DNA from: Octopus sinensis | Lineage: Eukaryota | Reading direction: 5' to 3' | DNA: 64,000 nt | NCBI RefSeq assembly: GCF_006345805.1 | Contig: NC_043000.1 | Coordinates: 116,932,001 to 116,996,000, forward strand | Shown: positions 48,841 through 62,113 of the stretch, one piece after another | Layout of the letters: the number at the start of each line of letters is the position of its first letter | How positions within the stretch are numbered: position 1 is the first letter of the stretch | Position numbers and translations under genes: made by a program | The notes under the pieces: generated by a model | Seen by the model: the letters and a program-made list of their open reading frames with translations, nothing else | What the model was told of the DNA's origin: nothing | Databases searched by the model: none

Positions 48841-49522
48841 GCACGTGGTCAATAAATATCCGGAATGTTCCCATAGTAATGAAGCTAAAGCACACAGAGT
48901 AAAGCCGCTCAGAACAAATTGACCTTAAACTCTGCTGTGCATGCGCACTAAGTGCTAATGTTCTAGCTCACTTCCGCTGTTTACAACAGTGCTTGGAAGG
49001 AAGCTATGTAGCATGTTATCGCTGCATGACAGATGACCATGACAGAGAAAGTTGAGCAGAGAATCTACATAAAATTTTGCCAAAAGCTTGGCGATACCTG
49101 CTCGGAGGCCTACGCGAAGTTTTTAAAAAGTTTTCATCGTTCTTGTCACAATCAAGGAGATCTTGTGCAACTGAAATCTGAGTGACTTTTTGGTCAGTTG
49201 AAAGCAGTTTGGGCACAAACAAGGCAGACATGCGTCTCATGCCCCAATCTTCAGTGATAATGGACTGAACTGCACCGTAACGAATTTGCACACCCTCTGA
49301 TAACTCACGGATGGTGATTCGACGATTTCCCTTCACAGCTGAACGCACATCTGCGATGTTTTATGTTTTTCTCAATTCTGCTGGTTGTGGGCCTCCCAGA
49401 ACGTTTTTTAATATCGACAGTTTTTCGGCCATCTTGAAAACGTCTGAACCACTCATACACTTGTGTGCGGCTCATGCACTCCTCTCCAAACACTTTCCGT
49501 AACTTTACGTAGCCTCTGAGCA
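48841..49522. mobile_element. Mariner transposon remnant with inverted internal segment
   Basis: + strand MTEKVEQRIYIKFCQKLGDTCSEAYAK from 49039. The continuation KVFGEECMSRTQVYEWFRRFQDGR...RSGRP...FVPKLL...DENFLK is on the - strand at 49522-49131. Confidence 0.8.
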
Positions 49523-51538
49523 GATATTGCCATGAGAACTTTGTCTGTCATGGTCAAAACGCTGGCTGAGAAATTTAATGACATACTAGGAGAACTAGAG
49601 ACAATACCTGAATGATTCACAGAAGGGAAAACTATCCCAAACCTACTGAAACGACAAACACTCAAACCCTACAAACCCTACAATTTACAAAGCCTTTACT
49701 GCAATAATATCGCAAAGAATGAACAACCATCTAGAAGAAACCAGCCTGCTTCCAGAAGAGCCGAAGGGATGCTACAAGGGCTCATACGGCTGTAAAGATC
49801 AACTAATGGTTTATAAAGCTATAGCTGAAGACAGCCACAGAAAGAAGAAGAAAGGTGTTAATATGGTCTCGATTGATTCCCGAAAGGCTTTTGATAGTAT
49901 TCCTCATATATGAATTCTGGAAACACTAGCCATGAACAAGGTAGCACCACTTATTATAAAATATATAACACATTCCATAAATAAATGGCAGACAGTGCTA
50001 CAACACCAGACAAAAGAGGGACTCATAAAAACGAAAGCCATCCCCATTAGAAGAGGAATATTCGAGAGCGACACGCTCTCTCGACTCCGTTTCTGCTTGG
50101 TACTGACACCTTTATCTGATATGCTACACAGAACTGGATGTGGATACAAATGTTAAGGCAAAACAACCAGCCACCTCTTATATACGGATGTCCTGAAACT
50201 ATGCTATAAATGATAAACAGTTGGACATGTTACTAAAGACAGTACATGGATTTACCAAAGAAATAAACATGAAATTTGGATTAGAAAAATGTGCCAAAGC
50301 AACCATGAAAAGAGGAAAACTAGTTAAGAGTAGCAACATCACACTAGATAAAGCAAATGAAATGAGAGAATTAGACCAAAGCCAGACATACAAATCAATG
50401 AATTAGATACGATTCAACACACACAAAAGAAAGAGAAAATAAATAAAGAATACTCTAGACGTGTTAGATAAATACCGAAAAGAGTGCTCAATATGCAAAA
50501 CAAGATAATAGGTATAGCTGACCCAGTCATAAGTTACAGCTACAATATCCTTAACTGGACGCTAAATGAAATAGACAGGAAAACAAGAAAAATATTAGGA
50601 TGCACCACCAAAAGAAAAACCTGACGTGGAAAGTTTATATATACAACGTATAGAAGATGGTAGAGGCCTTATACAGCTAGAAAACAGTTACAAGATAATC
50701 ACTATAGCACTACAAAAATACCTATTTCAGAAGCAAGGAAAACTAATACAATAGTCCTAAAACACGAACAAAACAAAATACTGTTTTCACTCTTTCAGGA
50801 AGCTGAAAAATACAAACAAGAAGTCATAGTACCTAACAACTATGAAGAAATAGAAACAACGACAAAAGGTATAGAACAACTGAAATCCAAACTAAAACTG
50901 GAACAGCAATAGATCATGATAAAACGATGGTAAGAAAAGCTCCTTCATAGCAAATACTGGGTTAAATTAAACGCAAAAGAAATGGACAAAGCAAAATCCC
51001 AACAATGGCTGAGAAGCTCAGGACTCAAAGTGGAGACCGAAGGAGTTTTAACTGCAGCCGAATTACCAAAAACATAATGAAAAGGAACATAACAAGTAAC
51101 TGCAGAATAAGTGGAGATGGACAAGAAACAATAAACCATATTGTCTTAGGCTAAGAATGAATATATTCAAAGACGAGTTGGGACCTACATATATTGGATG
51201 CTATGCCAACTCTATGCAATTACAACAGAAAAAAGACGGTAGAGGCACACGCCAGAAAAGGTCACAGAAAATGAGAAAGCAACCATACTATGGGATATGC
51301 CAAAACACACAGATAGAAAAATTAAGGCCAATAGGCCAGAGATAGTTGTCAGAAATAATCAAGAAAAAAATGCTTTCTAATTGATGTATCAATACCAACA
51401 GATGACAGTGTTTCTTTAAAATAAATGGAGAAACTTTCAAAATACAAAGACCTGCAAATAGAGGTAACACGAATGAGGAGTAAAATAATATTCAGACAAA
51501 TACATAACAAAAACACTGGGACTAACAAATATATATAA

Positions 51539-52741
51539 CAGGGGTGGGCAAACTACGGCCCGCGGGCTGCATGCGGCCCGCCATAGGTTTTCATGCGGCC
51601 CGCCGAGAGATTTATGAATCCCAATTCCAAAATCTAAAAAAATTTGCAAGAAAGATGTTTGTGTTGTTTGCATCAACTTACATATGTGAGTGGAGGCGCA
51701 ATGGCCCAGTGGTTAGGGCAGCGGACTTGCGGTAGTAGGAACGCGGTTTCGATTCCCAGACCGGGCATTGTGAGTGTTTATTGAGCGAAAACACCTAAAG
51801 CTCCACGAGGCTCCGGCAGGGATGGTGGTGATCCCTGCTGTACACTTTCACCACAACTTTCTCTCACTCTTACTTCCTGTTTCTGTTGTACCTGTATTTC
51901 AAAAGGGCCGGCCTTGTCACTCTCTGTGTCATGCTGAATATCCCCGAGAACTACGTTAAGGATACACGTGTCTGTGGAGTGCTCAGCCACTTACACGTTA
52001 ATTTCACAAGCAGGCTGTTCCGTTGATCGGATCAACAGGAACCCTCGTCGTCGTAACCGACGGAGTGCTTCCACATATGTGAGCAGACTTCCTCCATCAT
52101 GAAAATTAACAAGGGGAAGAATCGATCACTTCTCACAGACTCAAATCTTCAGTCAGTGTTAAGAATCAGCACAAGCAACTTGACACCTAATTTTGACAAA
52201 CTGGTAAATGACAGTAGACAGCTGCATTATTCTCATTGACATTGTTATTTACAGAGCCGCTTTGTTTTTCAAATAAATGTTTCAGGTGACGTTTCTAATT
52301 TCAGATATCAATTCATATTAATAAACTGTAATTTCTCTTTAAAATCTTTTATTTTGGGTATCCTAGAATTTAAGTATAATATTCATCATGGTTGTCCATA
52401 ATATTAAGAGGTGGTTGTCCACAATTAGTGCAGATTTTACTAGGAAAATTCCGTTCCTGGCAATTTGTAAGCAATAACAGGCTGTCCAAAATAACCGAGG
52501 TTCCTGTAATAATTTCAACTATAGGAGCAAATAACCGAAAAACATGAACCCGATACTCTAAAAAATAAATTAAATCACTTAAACCAGGAATATTTCACAA
52601 AATTTCCTTTCAATCAATTGTGTGTTTATAGGTCTATAACCGCCTTTAAAAATATTTTCACTTGATTTTTATAAATGATGCCCGCCAAGGTTCCAAAGAT
52701 GCACTGTGCGGCCCGCGATCAAAAACGTTCGCCCACCCCTG
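51539..52741 (+). mobile_element. Non-autonomous hAT (Charlie-like) element with perfect 8-bp TSD
   Basis: TIRs caggggtgggcaaac / gttcgcccacccctg and TSD atatataa at 51531-51538 and 52742-52749. Retains transposase C-terminus FASTYICE|QTSSIMKINKGKNRSLLTDSNLQSVLRIST. Confidence 0.9.
51691..52072 (+). mobile_element. SINE family C with 11-bp TSD, inserted in the hAT remnant
   Basis: acatatgtgag at 51680-51690 and 52073-52083. Confidence 0.9.
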
Positions 52742-53644
52742 ATATATAACATACAGAAAATAAAACTATTAGGCACCGCATACATCCTACGTAAAACAAA
52801 ACTCTTTCAATACAGCGAAAATAAGAGCATCACAACAAACCACAGCACATACCCAAGTCACACTGAGCTGCGCTTGGTAGTGCAATGAAAGCACGTGATA
52901 AAAATAAGACTACTGAAAGATAATAATAATAATAATAATATTAATGGAAAGAATGTGGAGAAGAAGCGGGTGAGCTGTTATATGGTTAAGATCATTTCAA
53001 AAAAAATATTCCAATCATTAAATTGTTTTAAACATGAATGTTAAATATCTTCTTTCGTATTTGGCCTCAATCGACGCTGCATATTTTTGAATAAATTGTG
53101 TGGGAACAAAAAATCGTTCGCCATTTTCATGTTCATTATTTCACAATCAAATCAAGTTTTGTGAATGAATGGAGAAAACAAGCAGTTTATTGACACAAAA
53201 TGTTGTTTTGGCAAATTTGAAACATGGACTAGCATAATATTTTCTGGGCGGAACAAAAGTCAAACATCTTTAATTCTCATACAAAATATGTGTTATTTTC
53301 ACATGCCACGGGTCGTCAACAGTGACTTCGTAAATTTTTCGTTAATTTTTAAAATCTATTTTATCATTTCGAAACAAAACTTTTGAAATCTTCATTAATT
53401 TGTAAAGGGATGTACTTGAGTTTACGTTACATGTTTGCAAAAGTATACGAGAAAAAGCTGCCCTACTTTTGAGTGCGTTGATGTGTCGTTAAGAAGTTCA
53501 CTTTACCTAGTTGCGGGTTCAGTACCGAGGTGCGGCGTCTTTAATATACGTATGCTACAATAGCTCCGTGTCCATGCCTAGTGAGTGTGAATTGCGTAGA
53601 AGGAATGGAAAACTTGCGCAATAAGCCGGTCGTCCATATATATA

Positions 53645-53712
<68 letters not shown>

Positions 53713-53717
53713 ACAAG

Positions 53718-53990
53718 TGCAGCGTGGAAGGTGTTTATAAGCCATTTAAGAAACACACAAAACTGTTAGATTCACTTCAACATTAAAATTTAATTTGTCA
53801 AAATATTTTCGTCGCTTTGAGACCGCGACATGTTCACTGACAAAACTTCGTGCTGCATGATGTTTTGTCAGTGAACAGGTCGCGGTCTCAAAGCAACGAA
53901 AATATTTTGACAAATTAGATTTAAGTGTTGAAGTGAATCTAACGGTTTTGTGTGTTTCTTAAATGGCTTATAAACACCTTCCACGCTGCA
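53718..53990. repeat. 273-bp near-perfect palindrome
   Basis: tgcagcgtggaaggtg...gacaaaac is mirrored around about 53854 with no net indel. Confidence 0.95.
53864..53914 (+). ncRNA. Type I hammerhead-like motif, G3-C8 variant (mirror on - strand at 53794-53844)
   Basis: tttgtca GTGAACA n gtcgc-ggtctcaaa-gc(g/a)ac GAA AATATT T|tgacaaa. Stem I is 7 bp, stem II 5 bp and stem III is palindromic. Confidence 0.75.
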
Positions 53991-54061
53991 ATTGTTTTCG
54001 TTCGAGCACACGATTTCAGATCAAGTCACTCGCTATGCAAGTACACCTATGCAAGTAACAC

Positions 54062-54116
<55 letters not shown>

Positions 54117-54319
54117 GACGGTATGTATATATGACTTCCTGTATTTCCCATATTGCTTGATAATCAGCGTTTCTGTTCCCGTAAATTAGTGTTTTGGCAA
54201 GACAGTAGATAGAATAAGTACTGGGGTTGATCTATTCGACTAAAACCCTTCAGGACTCTGGCCCAGCATGGCCACAGTCCAATAACTCAAACAAGATGTA
54301 CATGCACACACACACACAC

Positions 54320-54470
<151 letters not shown>

Positions 54471-55032
54471 TATCTATATAGAATATGTAGAATAGGGAAG
54501 GAACAGATAATAGTTGATGATGGAAGACAAAGCTAACGATGACTTCTGCTTATTTGCATGGCTTGGCAGTGTTCTGTGCGATGAAGGACATATTTAAATG
54601 AATGCCAAATGCAGAACTAACTGCAAAGGTGACAGCAGAATTTCGTTGCATTTGTGAAATATGGCCGATCAAACATCACGATATCAACATGAAGAATCAC
54701 GTGTAAAATACTATCGTACTTCCAAATGTAAGTTGGAAAAAGCTGTGAAATTCAACAAAAGTTATGTGTCATAATGAAATCCTGAAAAGTTTGTATCATA
54801 TTCTATTTGTGATACCACAAATAGTAGGCTGAGCATCGTTGCGAAAACTCCACAACGCAGTAATACAACGAAGAAAACTAGTCGATATCCATGCAAAATC
54901 TTTATTAAGATGGACACCAGTATAAAAACGAGGAGTCAATATCGCACATTGTGTTGAATAATTGTACCTAAAATCTACATTATTTACTTTATTTACAGTC
55001 GACGATATTTGTCCTCATCTTCTTTGTTATTA

Positions 55033-55076
55033 ACACAACGTTTCGGCTGATATACCCTCCAGCTTTCATCAGGTGT
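55033..55076 (-). ncRNA. Minimal type I hammerhead ribozyme with canonical core
   Basis: acac CTGATGA a agctg-gagggtatat-cagcc GAA ACGT T|gtgt. Confidence 0.8.
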
Positions 55077-55149
55077 CTTGGGAAAATTTCGAACCTGTGT
55101 TCTCATTCCTAAGGTATTCTTCGATATTATTTTTATTATTATTATTATT

Positions 55150-55214
55150 CGCTGCTTGGAATCGAACTTGGAATCTTGGGGTTAGTAGCGCTCTTAACTA
55201 CTACGCCATATGCC
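55150..55214 (-). promoter_or_regulatory. tRNA-derived Pol III promoter (A and B boxes) upstream of the hammerhead
   Basis: A-box TGGCGTAGTAG (55208-55198) and B-box GTTCGATTC (55167-55159). Confidence 0.7.
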
Positions 55215-56619
55215 TGTGGGCAATTTTGGAGTGAATTTTAGGGCTTATAAATCTAATATTTTTCTATCCTTCCTTAATACCGGTTCTCATATGCTGCCCA
55301 TATGTAAATAATGTACATAATTCCTCATCTCTTAAAAATAGAACTGTAGAACCTAAAATCTGTTGTGCGGAATACTGAAACTAGCAATCAAATATACTTG
55401 ATAACTACCGCAGATGGATGGAAGGCAATAACGCCTACATATATATGCACATACACACAAATATTCACGCACATGTGCGTATGCATATACACGTACGCAT
55501 GCACACATACACACACTGAAATACAAATACACACATATTGGGATTATAAGAGTAGCGAAATATGCGAACGAACGAAGGAAACAAATCCATCGTATTAAGA
55601 CAGTGTGGATAACAATCTTTAGATAATAATAATTGAATGGGACATATACATACATAAATACATACACACATACACACATACGTACGCCCACAACACACAC
55701 ATACACACACACACATATATGTATATATATATATATATGAAGATATAAATGACTAGAGAGATAGATTTCAAGGCCTAGTGATAGAAGTGTAATTTCTTCA
55801 GCTTGCTAATTATAGAATATTTCAATATTTCTGATTTTTCAGAGATGAAGTGGAATTTTAAATTTAGAAATGATCTTAAATAAATTTAACATAAAATTAT
55901 AATGAAAGCTCAGAGAGAAAGAGAGAGAGAGAGAGGGGGGAGAGGGAGAGGGAGAAAGAGAAAGATGGTAAAAATGAAATAGGCAAGACAACAAGAGACA
56001 CATGGGACATAGAATCGTTGAAGATGTCACATAATATAAGACGAAATAACTTTGACAACTTAAATAATATACTGAAAATAATAATAATTATAAAACTAAA
56101 GATACAATGAATAGTGCCATCTGTTTCATTGGAAAAAGATGACCATTCTCAAGTATAATTACACACACGCACACACACATGTCAATTTTGCCCTGAAGAG
56201 ATTTTTACCTTTTAAATTCAGAATGCAATTTCAGTTGTAAAATATGAATGGAGGTAAGAAATTGAAACGTGCGTAGGCGATATGAAATTGAATATTATAT
56301 AAGGGAGGGAGATGACAAAGGAATACACGATTAGCTTATGAAATTCATTAGCTTACATCTGTTTCCACTTTAAGATACGGTGAACTCATATTTGAGTGCT
56401 TAACAGTTTCATCAGAGCTTCAAAAATGTGAAGTGCAATTTATCTGGAAAAACGTACATGTAAGCATATATACAGGAGAGTAACAACATCAAAAATTACT
56501 GAAAATACGGTAAGTCAAATGTCGTGGCACAATGAAATGTGAAACAGAACTTACAATCCATGGAACCGTGTTGCTGTTGTTTGTTCCTTCTCGAGCCATG
56601 CCTGGCTCATTAGGGCCGG

Positions 56620-57115
56620 TTTCGAACCCACTGCTCTAACCACTAGGCACATAAGGGCCGGTTTCTCGGTTTCCTTGGCGTATAGGTTCCCCACCTGGAC
56701 CGGACGCCGGTCTGTCACAGGTGAGCTGCAAGATGCAGGAAAGAGTGAGAGAAAGTTGTGGCGAAAGAGTCAGCAGGAGTTCGCCATTACATCCTGCCAG
56801 AGCCGCGTGGAGCTTAGGTGTTTCGCTCATAAACACTTATCGTCCGGTCTGAGATTCGAACCCGCTGCTCTAACTACTAGGCTCATAAGGGCCGGTTTCC
56901 TTGGCGAATAGGTTCCCTACCTGGCGGGATGCCAGTCAGTGAGCTGCTAGGTGCCGAAGGAAAGAATGAGAGAAAGTTGTGGCGAAAGAGTCAGCAAAAG
57001 TTCACCATTACCTTCTGCCAGAGCCGCGTAGAGCTTAGATGTTTCGCTCATAAACACACTCATCGCCCGAGCTGAGATTCGAACCCGCTGCTCTAACCAC
57101 TAGGCCATGTGCCCT
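56620..57115 (-). mobile_element. Rearranged/duplicated SINE family C fragments
   Basis: gagagaaagttgtggcgaaagagtcagca...gagattcgaacccgctgctctaac occurs twice. Confidence 0.75.
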
Positions 57116-57479
57116 CAACATAGGACCGTGTAGGGTATGTTTTTATATCAACCGCTCAGCTACTACAGTTCATTTATCACATAGACAAACATTTTCATCG
57201 TTGACAAAGATATTTTGTAGCTGACGGCATTAAAATGTTTATTCCTTTTAGAAGAGAGAATATTTAGGTTTTCCTTATATTTCAATAAATAAATTAATCA
57301 ATTATTTAAAATGTTTGTTTGGTGCATTTACTCTTTGAAATTATCGTCACGTTAGATAAATTTCATTAAATATCTCTTTAGGCTATAAGCTGGAAACATT
57401 TATTATATTAGAAATAGAAATATAACATTAGAGTTGCTGACACTAGCGTTAATTCCACCGCTATCACGACCATCGCCAC

Positions 57480-57930
57480 TGCTGCCACAAAAGAAGAAGG
57501 AGGAGGAGGAGGAGAAGTAGAAGAACGTAAAAAGAGAAGAAGAAGAAGAAGAAGAAGAAGAACGCAGAAAGAGAAGAAGAAGAAGAAGAAGAGAGGAACG
57601 TAGAAAGAGAAGAAGAAGGAGGAGGAGGAGGAGAAGTAGAAGAACGTTGATAGAAAAGGAGAGGAAGGAAAAGAAGACGAACGTAAAAAGAAAAGAAGAG
57701 GAAGAAGGGGAAGATGAAGAAACACAACGTAGAAAGAGAAGGTGAAAAAGAAGAAGAACGTAGAGAGAAGAGAACAGGTAGAAGGAAAAAACAGAAGGGA
57801 AGAGGAAAAGAAAACTGAATAAAAAGAAGGAAGAGGAGTAAGGGGATAAGAAGATGGATGAGAAGGGAGAAGACGAATTAGTGAAGTAGAAGGGAAGCAG
57901 CGACGGAAAAGCAAAGAAGGAGAATAGGCG
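57480..57930 (+). repeat. Polypurine (GAA/GGA)n tract with recurring GAACGTAGAAAGAGA-like motif
   Basis: Direct inspection. Confidence 0.85.
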
Positions 57931-58046
57931 GAGGAAAATAATGATGGTTTCAAATTTTAGTAAGAGCGCCATCAATTTTAAGGGAAGGGAGTAAATCGAT
58001 TATATTGACCCCAGTGTTTAACTGGTATTATTTTATCGACTCCCCA

Positions 58047-58280
58047 AGGCGGCGAGCTGGCAGAAACGTTAGCACGCCGGGCGAAATGCATAGCCGTATT
58101 TCTCGTCTGTCTTTACGTTCTGAGTTCAAATTCCGCTGAGGTCGACTTTGCCTTTCATCCTTTCGGGGTCGATAAATTAAGTACCAGTTACGCACTGGGA
58201 TCGATGTAATCGACTTAATCCGTTTGTCTGTCCTTGTTTGCCCTCTCTGTGTTTAGCCCCTTGTGGGTAGTAAAGAAATA
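58047..58280 (+). mobile_element. SINE family A nested in an opposite-orientation related SINE
   Basis: ggtattattttatcgac(t/c)ccc flanks both sides (about 58024 and 58281). Confidence 0.85.
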
Positions 58281-58891
58281 GGTATTATTTTATCGACCCC
58301 CAAAAAGACGAACGAGAAAGTCGGCCTTCGCGAAATTTGAACTCAGAACGTAAAACCGGAAAGAAATAACGTTACATTTTGTCCGGCATGCTAACAATTC
58401 TGTCATTTTGCCGCATCAAAAATAGGTAGCATCATATAATGATAATAATAATCAATGGAAAGCTGATAATGATGATAAAGAAACGAGGGAAGTGGGTTTA
58501 TAGAAAGGTATTGATGTTGACAAGGAAAGCTGATGAAAGCAGTTGTTAGACAGTGATGCCTTAGCGAAAAGCCAATACATTCTTTTTTAAACAATGACCT
58601 ATATAGTGTTACTTACATCTCTGTGTATTATTAATTTTGAACCTAGATATGTAAAGAAGAAACGAGGCCAGGTGTTCAGATTTATGGGCGTAGTTTGACA
58701 CACCTGCCAATCAAATAGGCGTCCGCTAAAATTATGACTTCGTTTCTAAGAAACTTATTTGTTTTCGTTTCTTGAAGCGCAAATACTGGTGAGACGAGAT
58801 TAGTTTTAACCCTTTTAACTGACCTGTGCATCATAAGTAATACATAGAACATATTTCTCTGTCGTGCATGTACCATATGTGATGTGATATG

Positions 58892-58925
<34 letters not shown>

Positions 58926-58932
58926 CACACAC

Positions 58933-59007
<75 letters not shown>

Positions 59008-59027
59008 ATATATATATATGTATGTAG

Positions 59028-59345
59028 CTGGCAGAAACGTTAGCACGCCGGGCGAAATGCGTAGCCGTATTTCGTCTGCCGTTACGTTCTGGGTTCAAAT
59101 TCCGCCGAGGTCGACTTCGCTTCTCATCCTTTCGGGGTCGATAAATTAAGTACCAGTTGCCCACTGGGGTCGATGTAGTCGACTTAGTCCGTTTGTCTAT
59201 CCTTGTTTGTCCTCTCTGTGTTTAGCCCCTTGTCGGTAGTAAAGAAATAGATATTTTGTCTGTTTTTACGTTTTAGGTTCAAATTCCGCCGAGGTTGACT
59301 TTGCCTTTCATCCTTTCGGGTCGATAAATTAAGTACCAGTTGCGT
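59028..59345 (+). mobile_element. SINE family A with partial tandem second unit
   Basis: Match to consensus. Confidence 0.85.
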
Positions 59346-59775
59346 ACTGGGTTTGATCTAATGCCTTGTGCTTAATGTGAAAAATAATATTTGTCTTCGA
59401 CAATCAGTTTCATAAATTATACAATACAGAAACTACAAGTTTTACATACTATCATGTATAAAATATTTTAATTACGTCGCCATGACAGATGAATTAAGAC
59501 ATTTTACATGAAGGCGATTTCGCCATTTCATTGATATAGTAACATAGTTCCAGACGAAGTACGCCGAACGAAATAATCAACAAAAACCTATTGAACGCGC
59601 TGCGATAGGATGGCCTTTGTTTAATCTGACTGTTGCCAGTTAAAGAATAAATAAATATGTAATCTCGCTACTGATTATGGTGTTGTGTTCATTGACATTG
59701 CGTAGCAGCTTCGGCAAGTCGCTTCTACTGTAGTCCTGGCTCTATCAATGTTTTATGAGTCAATCTCTTTTGACG

Positions 59776-60287
59776 TTTTATACTCTAGGCGCAAGGCCCG
59801 AAATTTTGGGGGAGGGGACCAGTCGATTAGATCGACCCCTGTATGCAACTGGTACTTAATTTATCGACTCCAAAAGGATGAAAGGCAGAGACGACATCGG
59901 CGGAATTTGAACTCAGAACCTAACGGCAGACGAAATACGGCTACTCATTTCGCCAGGCGTCTTAACGTTTCTGTCAGCTCGCCGCCTTTAAAGGATGAAA
60001 GGCAAAGTCGACCTCAGCGGAATTTGAACTCAGAACGTAAAGACAGACGAAATACCTATTTCTTTACTACCCACAAGGGGCTAAACACAGAGGGAACAAA
60101 CAAGGACAGCCACACGGACTAAGTCGATTACATCGACCCCAGTGCGCAACTGGTACTTATTTAATCGACCCCGAAGGATGAAAGGCAAAGTCGTCCTCGG
60201 CAGAATGTGAGCTCAGAACGTAGCGGCAGACGAAATACCGCTGAGCATTTCGCCCGGCGTGCTAACGTTTCTACCAGCTCGCCGCCT
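59776..60287 (-). mobile_element. Tandem SINE family A pieces
   Basis: Repeated ggatgaaaggca...gaactcagaa units. Confidence 0.85.
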
Positions 60288-60333
60288 CAAACTTTGAAAT
60301 ACCGTCATATCTGTATATCTGCATGTACGCACT

Positions 60334-60379
<46 letters not shown>

Positions 60380-60518
60380 TGTGCATGTATGTATATATGT
60401 ATGTATGTATGTATGTGTGTATGTATGTAGTTGAAACTTACAGAAAAACAAAGGACGAAGACAGGTGTATAAACAACGAATAGGTGCATTAGTTTAACGC
60501 TCGGGAAGGTGAGAAAAT

Positions 60519-60554
60519 CGTTTACGTTTCGAGCCTACGCTCTTCAACAGAAAA
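60519..60554 (-). ncRNA. Hammerhead-like motif (position-6 variant), third copy of family
   Basis: ttt CTGTTGA a gagc-gtag-gctc GAA ACGT A|aac. Confidence 0.45.
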
Positions 60555-61114
60555 AAAACAGACAGAGAATATAAAAAAAAAAAGCTAGCGATCAATTCGT
60601 ACATGCATGCATGTAGGTAGGTAGATATATATACGTGCAAATATATATATGCATATATGTGTGTCTATGTATTTATGTTTGTTCCCAGCACCAGCACCAG
60701 CACCACCGCTTGAAAAGCGGTGTTGGTTTGTTTACGTTCCCGTCGTAAGCTAACAATCTAGTGAAAGAGACGGATAGTAGAAGATGAACTGCAATGTGTC
60801 GTCTATTCGTGTCAATGTTTCTTCTCTGTCTCATTATACACCTTATGTAACACATTCAACGGTTCGAATTCCTTCTGGTGGAGGCTTCTAGTTGGGGAAT
60901 ATCATCCACCGATACACATCAGCAAATTCTTGCACAGCACAGCAATATCTGCAAGATCAACATTTGAACTACAAGGGATGTCTTTTAGCATAGTACAACA
61001 CATAGTCTCTCTTTCTCTTACACTGTAAATTAAATCAGATCCTAGGTTAACATTGGACTCTTTGACTTCATTTTTCTCATTGTAGACAGGGTGTTTTTGT
61101 TGTTGTTGTACTTC

Positions 61115-61146
<32 letters not shown>

Positions 61147-62075
61147 CTTTTCTTCTTCTTCTTCTTCATTTTGCTACTGCTGCTCCTGTTGCTGCCTCTG
61201 CTGCTGTTACTATGCAGAACATCGTCCTGTTAGAATAATTTTCCTGAAAATGATTCACGTGCAGTCATCGACGTGTAAATATTCGAGAGAGAAATTAAGG
61301 ACACCGATATTATCAGTGCCGTGGAGCCTATGAAGGTTATGGTCACAGCCCATCTGTCTCCAGAACAAACCAATAAAACATAATAAACAATTATAATTCG
61401 CGTATCTTTGAGTTATCATAACAAAACCGTTGAGCTTTTATTTCTTTTTGTTTTACTTGGCGTTCCATCGTCATGTTTGCGGAGAGGTAAAATCCATTTA
61501 AATTTCAGAAAACGATAAAGAAAGGTTGTGCGAAAAAAGAGCAGTAAAAAATTTTCAAAAATAAAAAGTAGAAAAAGACAATAAAAAATTACGATCAAAA
61601 TATTGTTCGTGTTAATTTAAATAACACTGGAAAGGAATAGAATAAATGGAAGAAAAATACATTAATCGAATAATTGGCCGTATCGGCCAAAGAAAATGAT
61701 TGCGGTATTTAATAGCGATCATTTACAAACTAAGCCTCTCCTCTCTACGTCACCGATGTTATCCAAGGGAAAGGCAAAGGGGCCGATACAGCTTGGCACC
61801 AGTGACATCGCAACTCATTCCTGCAGCTGAGTGAACTGGAGCAAACTGAAATAAAGTGTTTTTGCTCATGAACACAACACACAGCCCGGCCTGGGAATTG
61901 AACTCACAGCGTAACTACATTTTAATTACAGAGCCATGCCCATTGACACTCACATACACACACACACATATATACACATACACACACCTGTACATAAATA
62001 TTATATATACATGTACATGTATATAATGAGGGCATGAGTGTATATACACAGACACTCTAATACTACGAGGTTCTA

Positions 62076-62111
<36 letters not shown>

Positions 62112-62113
<2 letters not shown>

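Larger units (their letters stand above)
49540..52940 (+). mobile_element. 5'-truncated Dong/R4-type non-LTR retrotransposon (RT + REL endonuclease), degenerate
   Basis: GCYKGSYGCKDQLM..IDSRKAFDSIPH, GIFESDTLS, HLLYTDVLKL, KFGLEKCA and REL motif RPEIV..LIDVSIP..EKLSKYKDL. Ends in a (TAA)n tail and is interrupted by a hAT element. Confidence 0.85.

Noticed and set aside
57403-57975. Long hydrophobic ORFs on the minus strand
   Set aside because: They are translations of the polypyrimidine strand of a (GAA)n tract.
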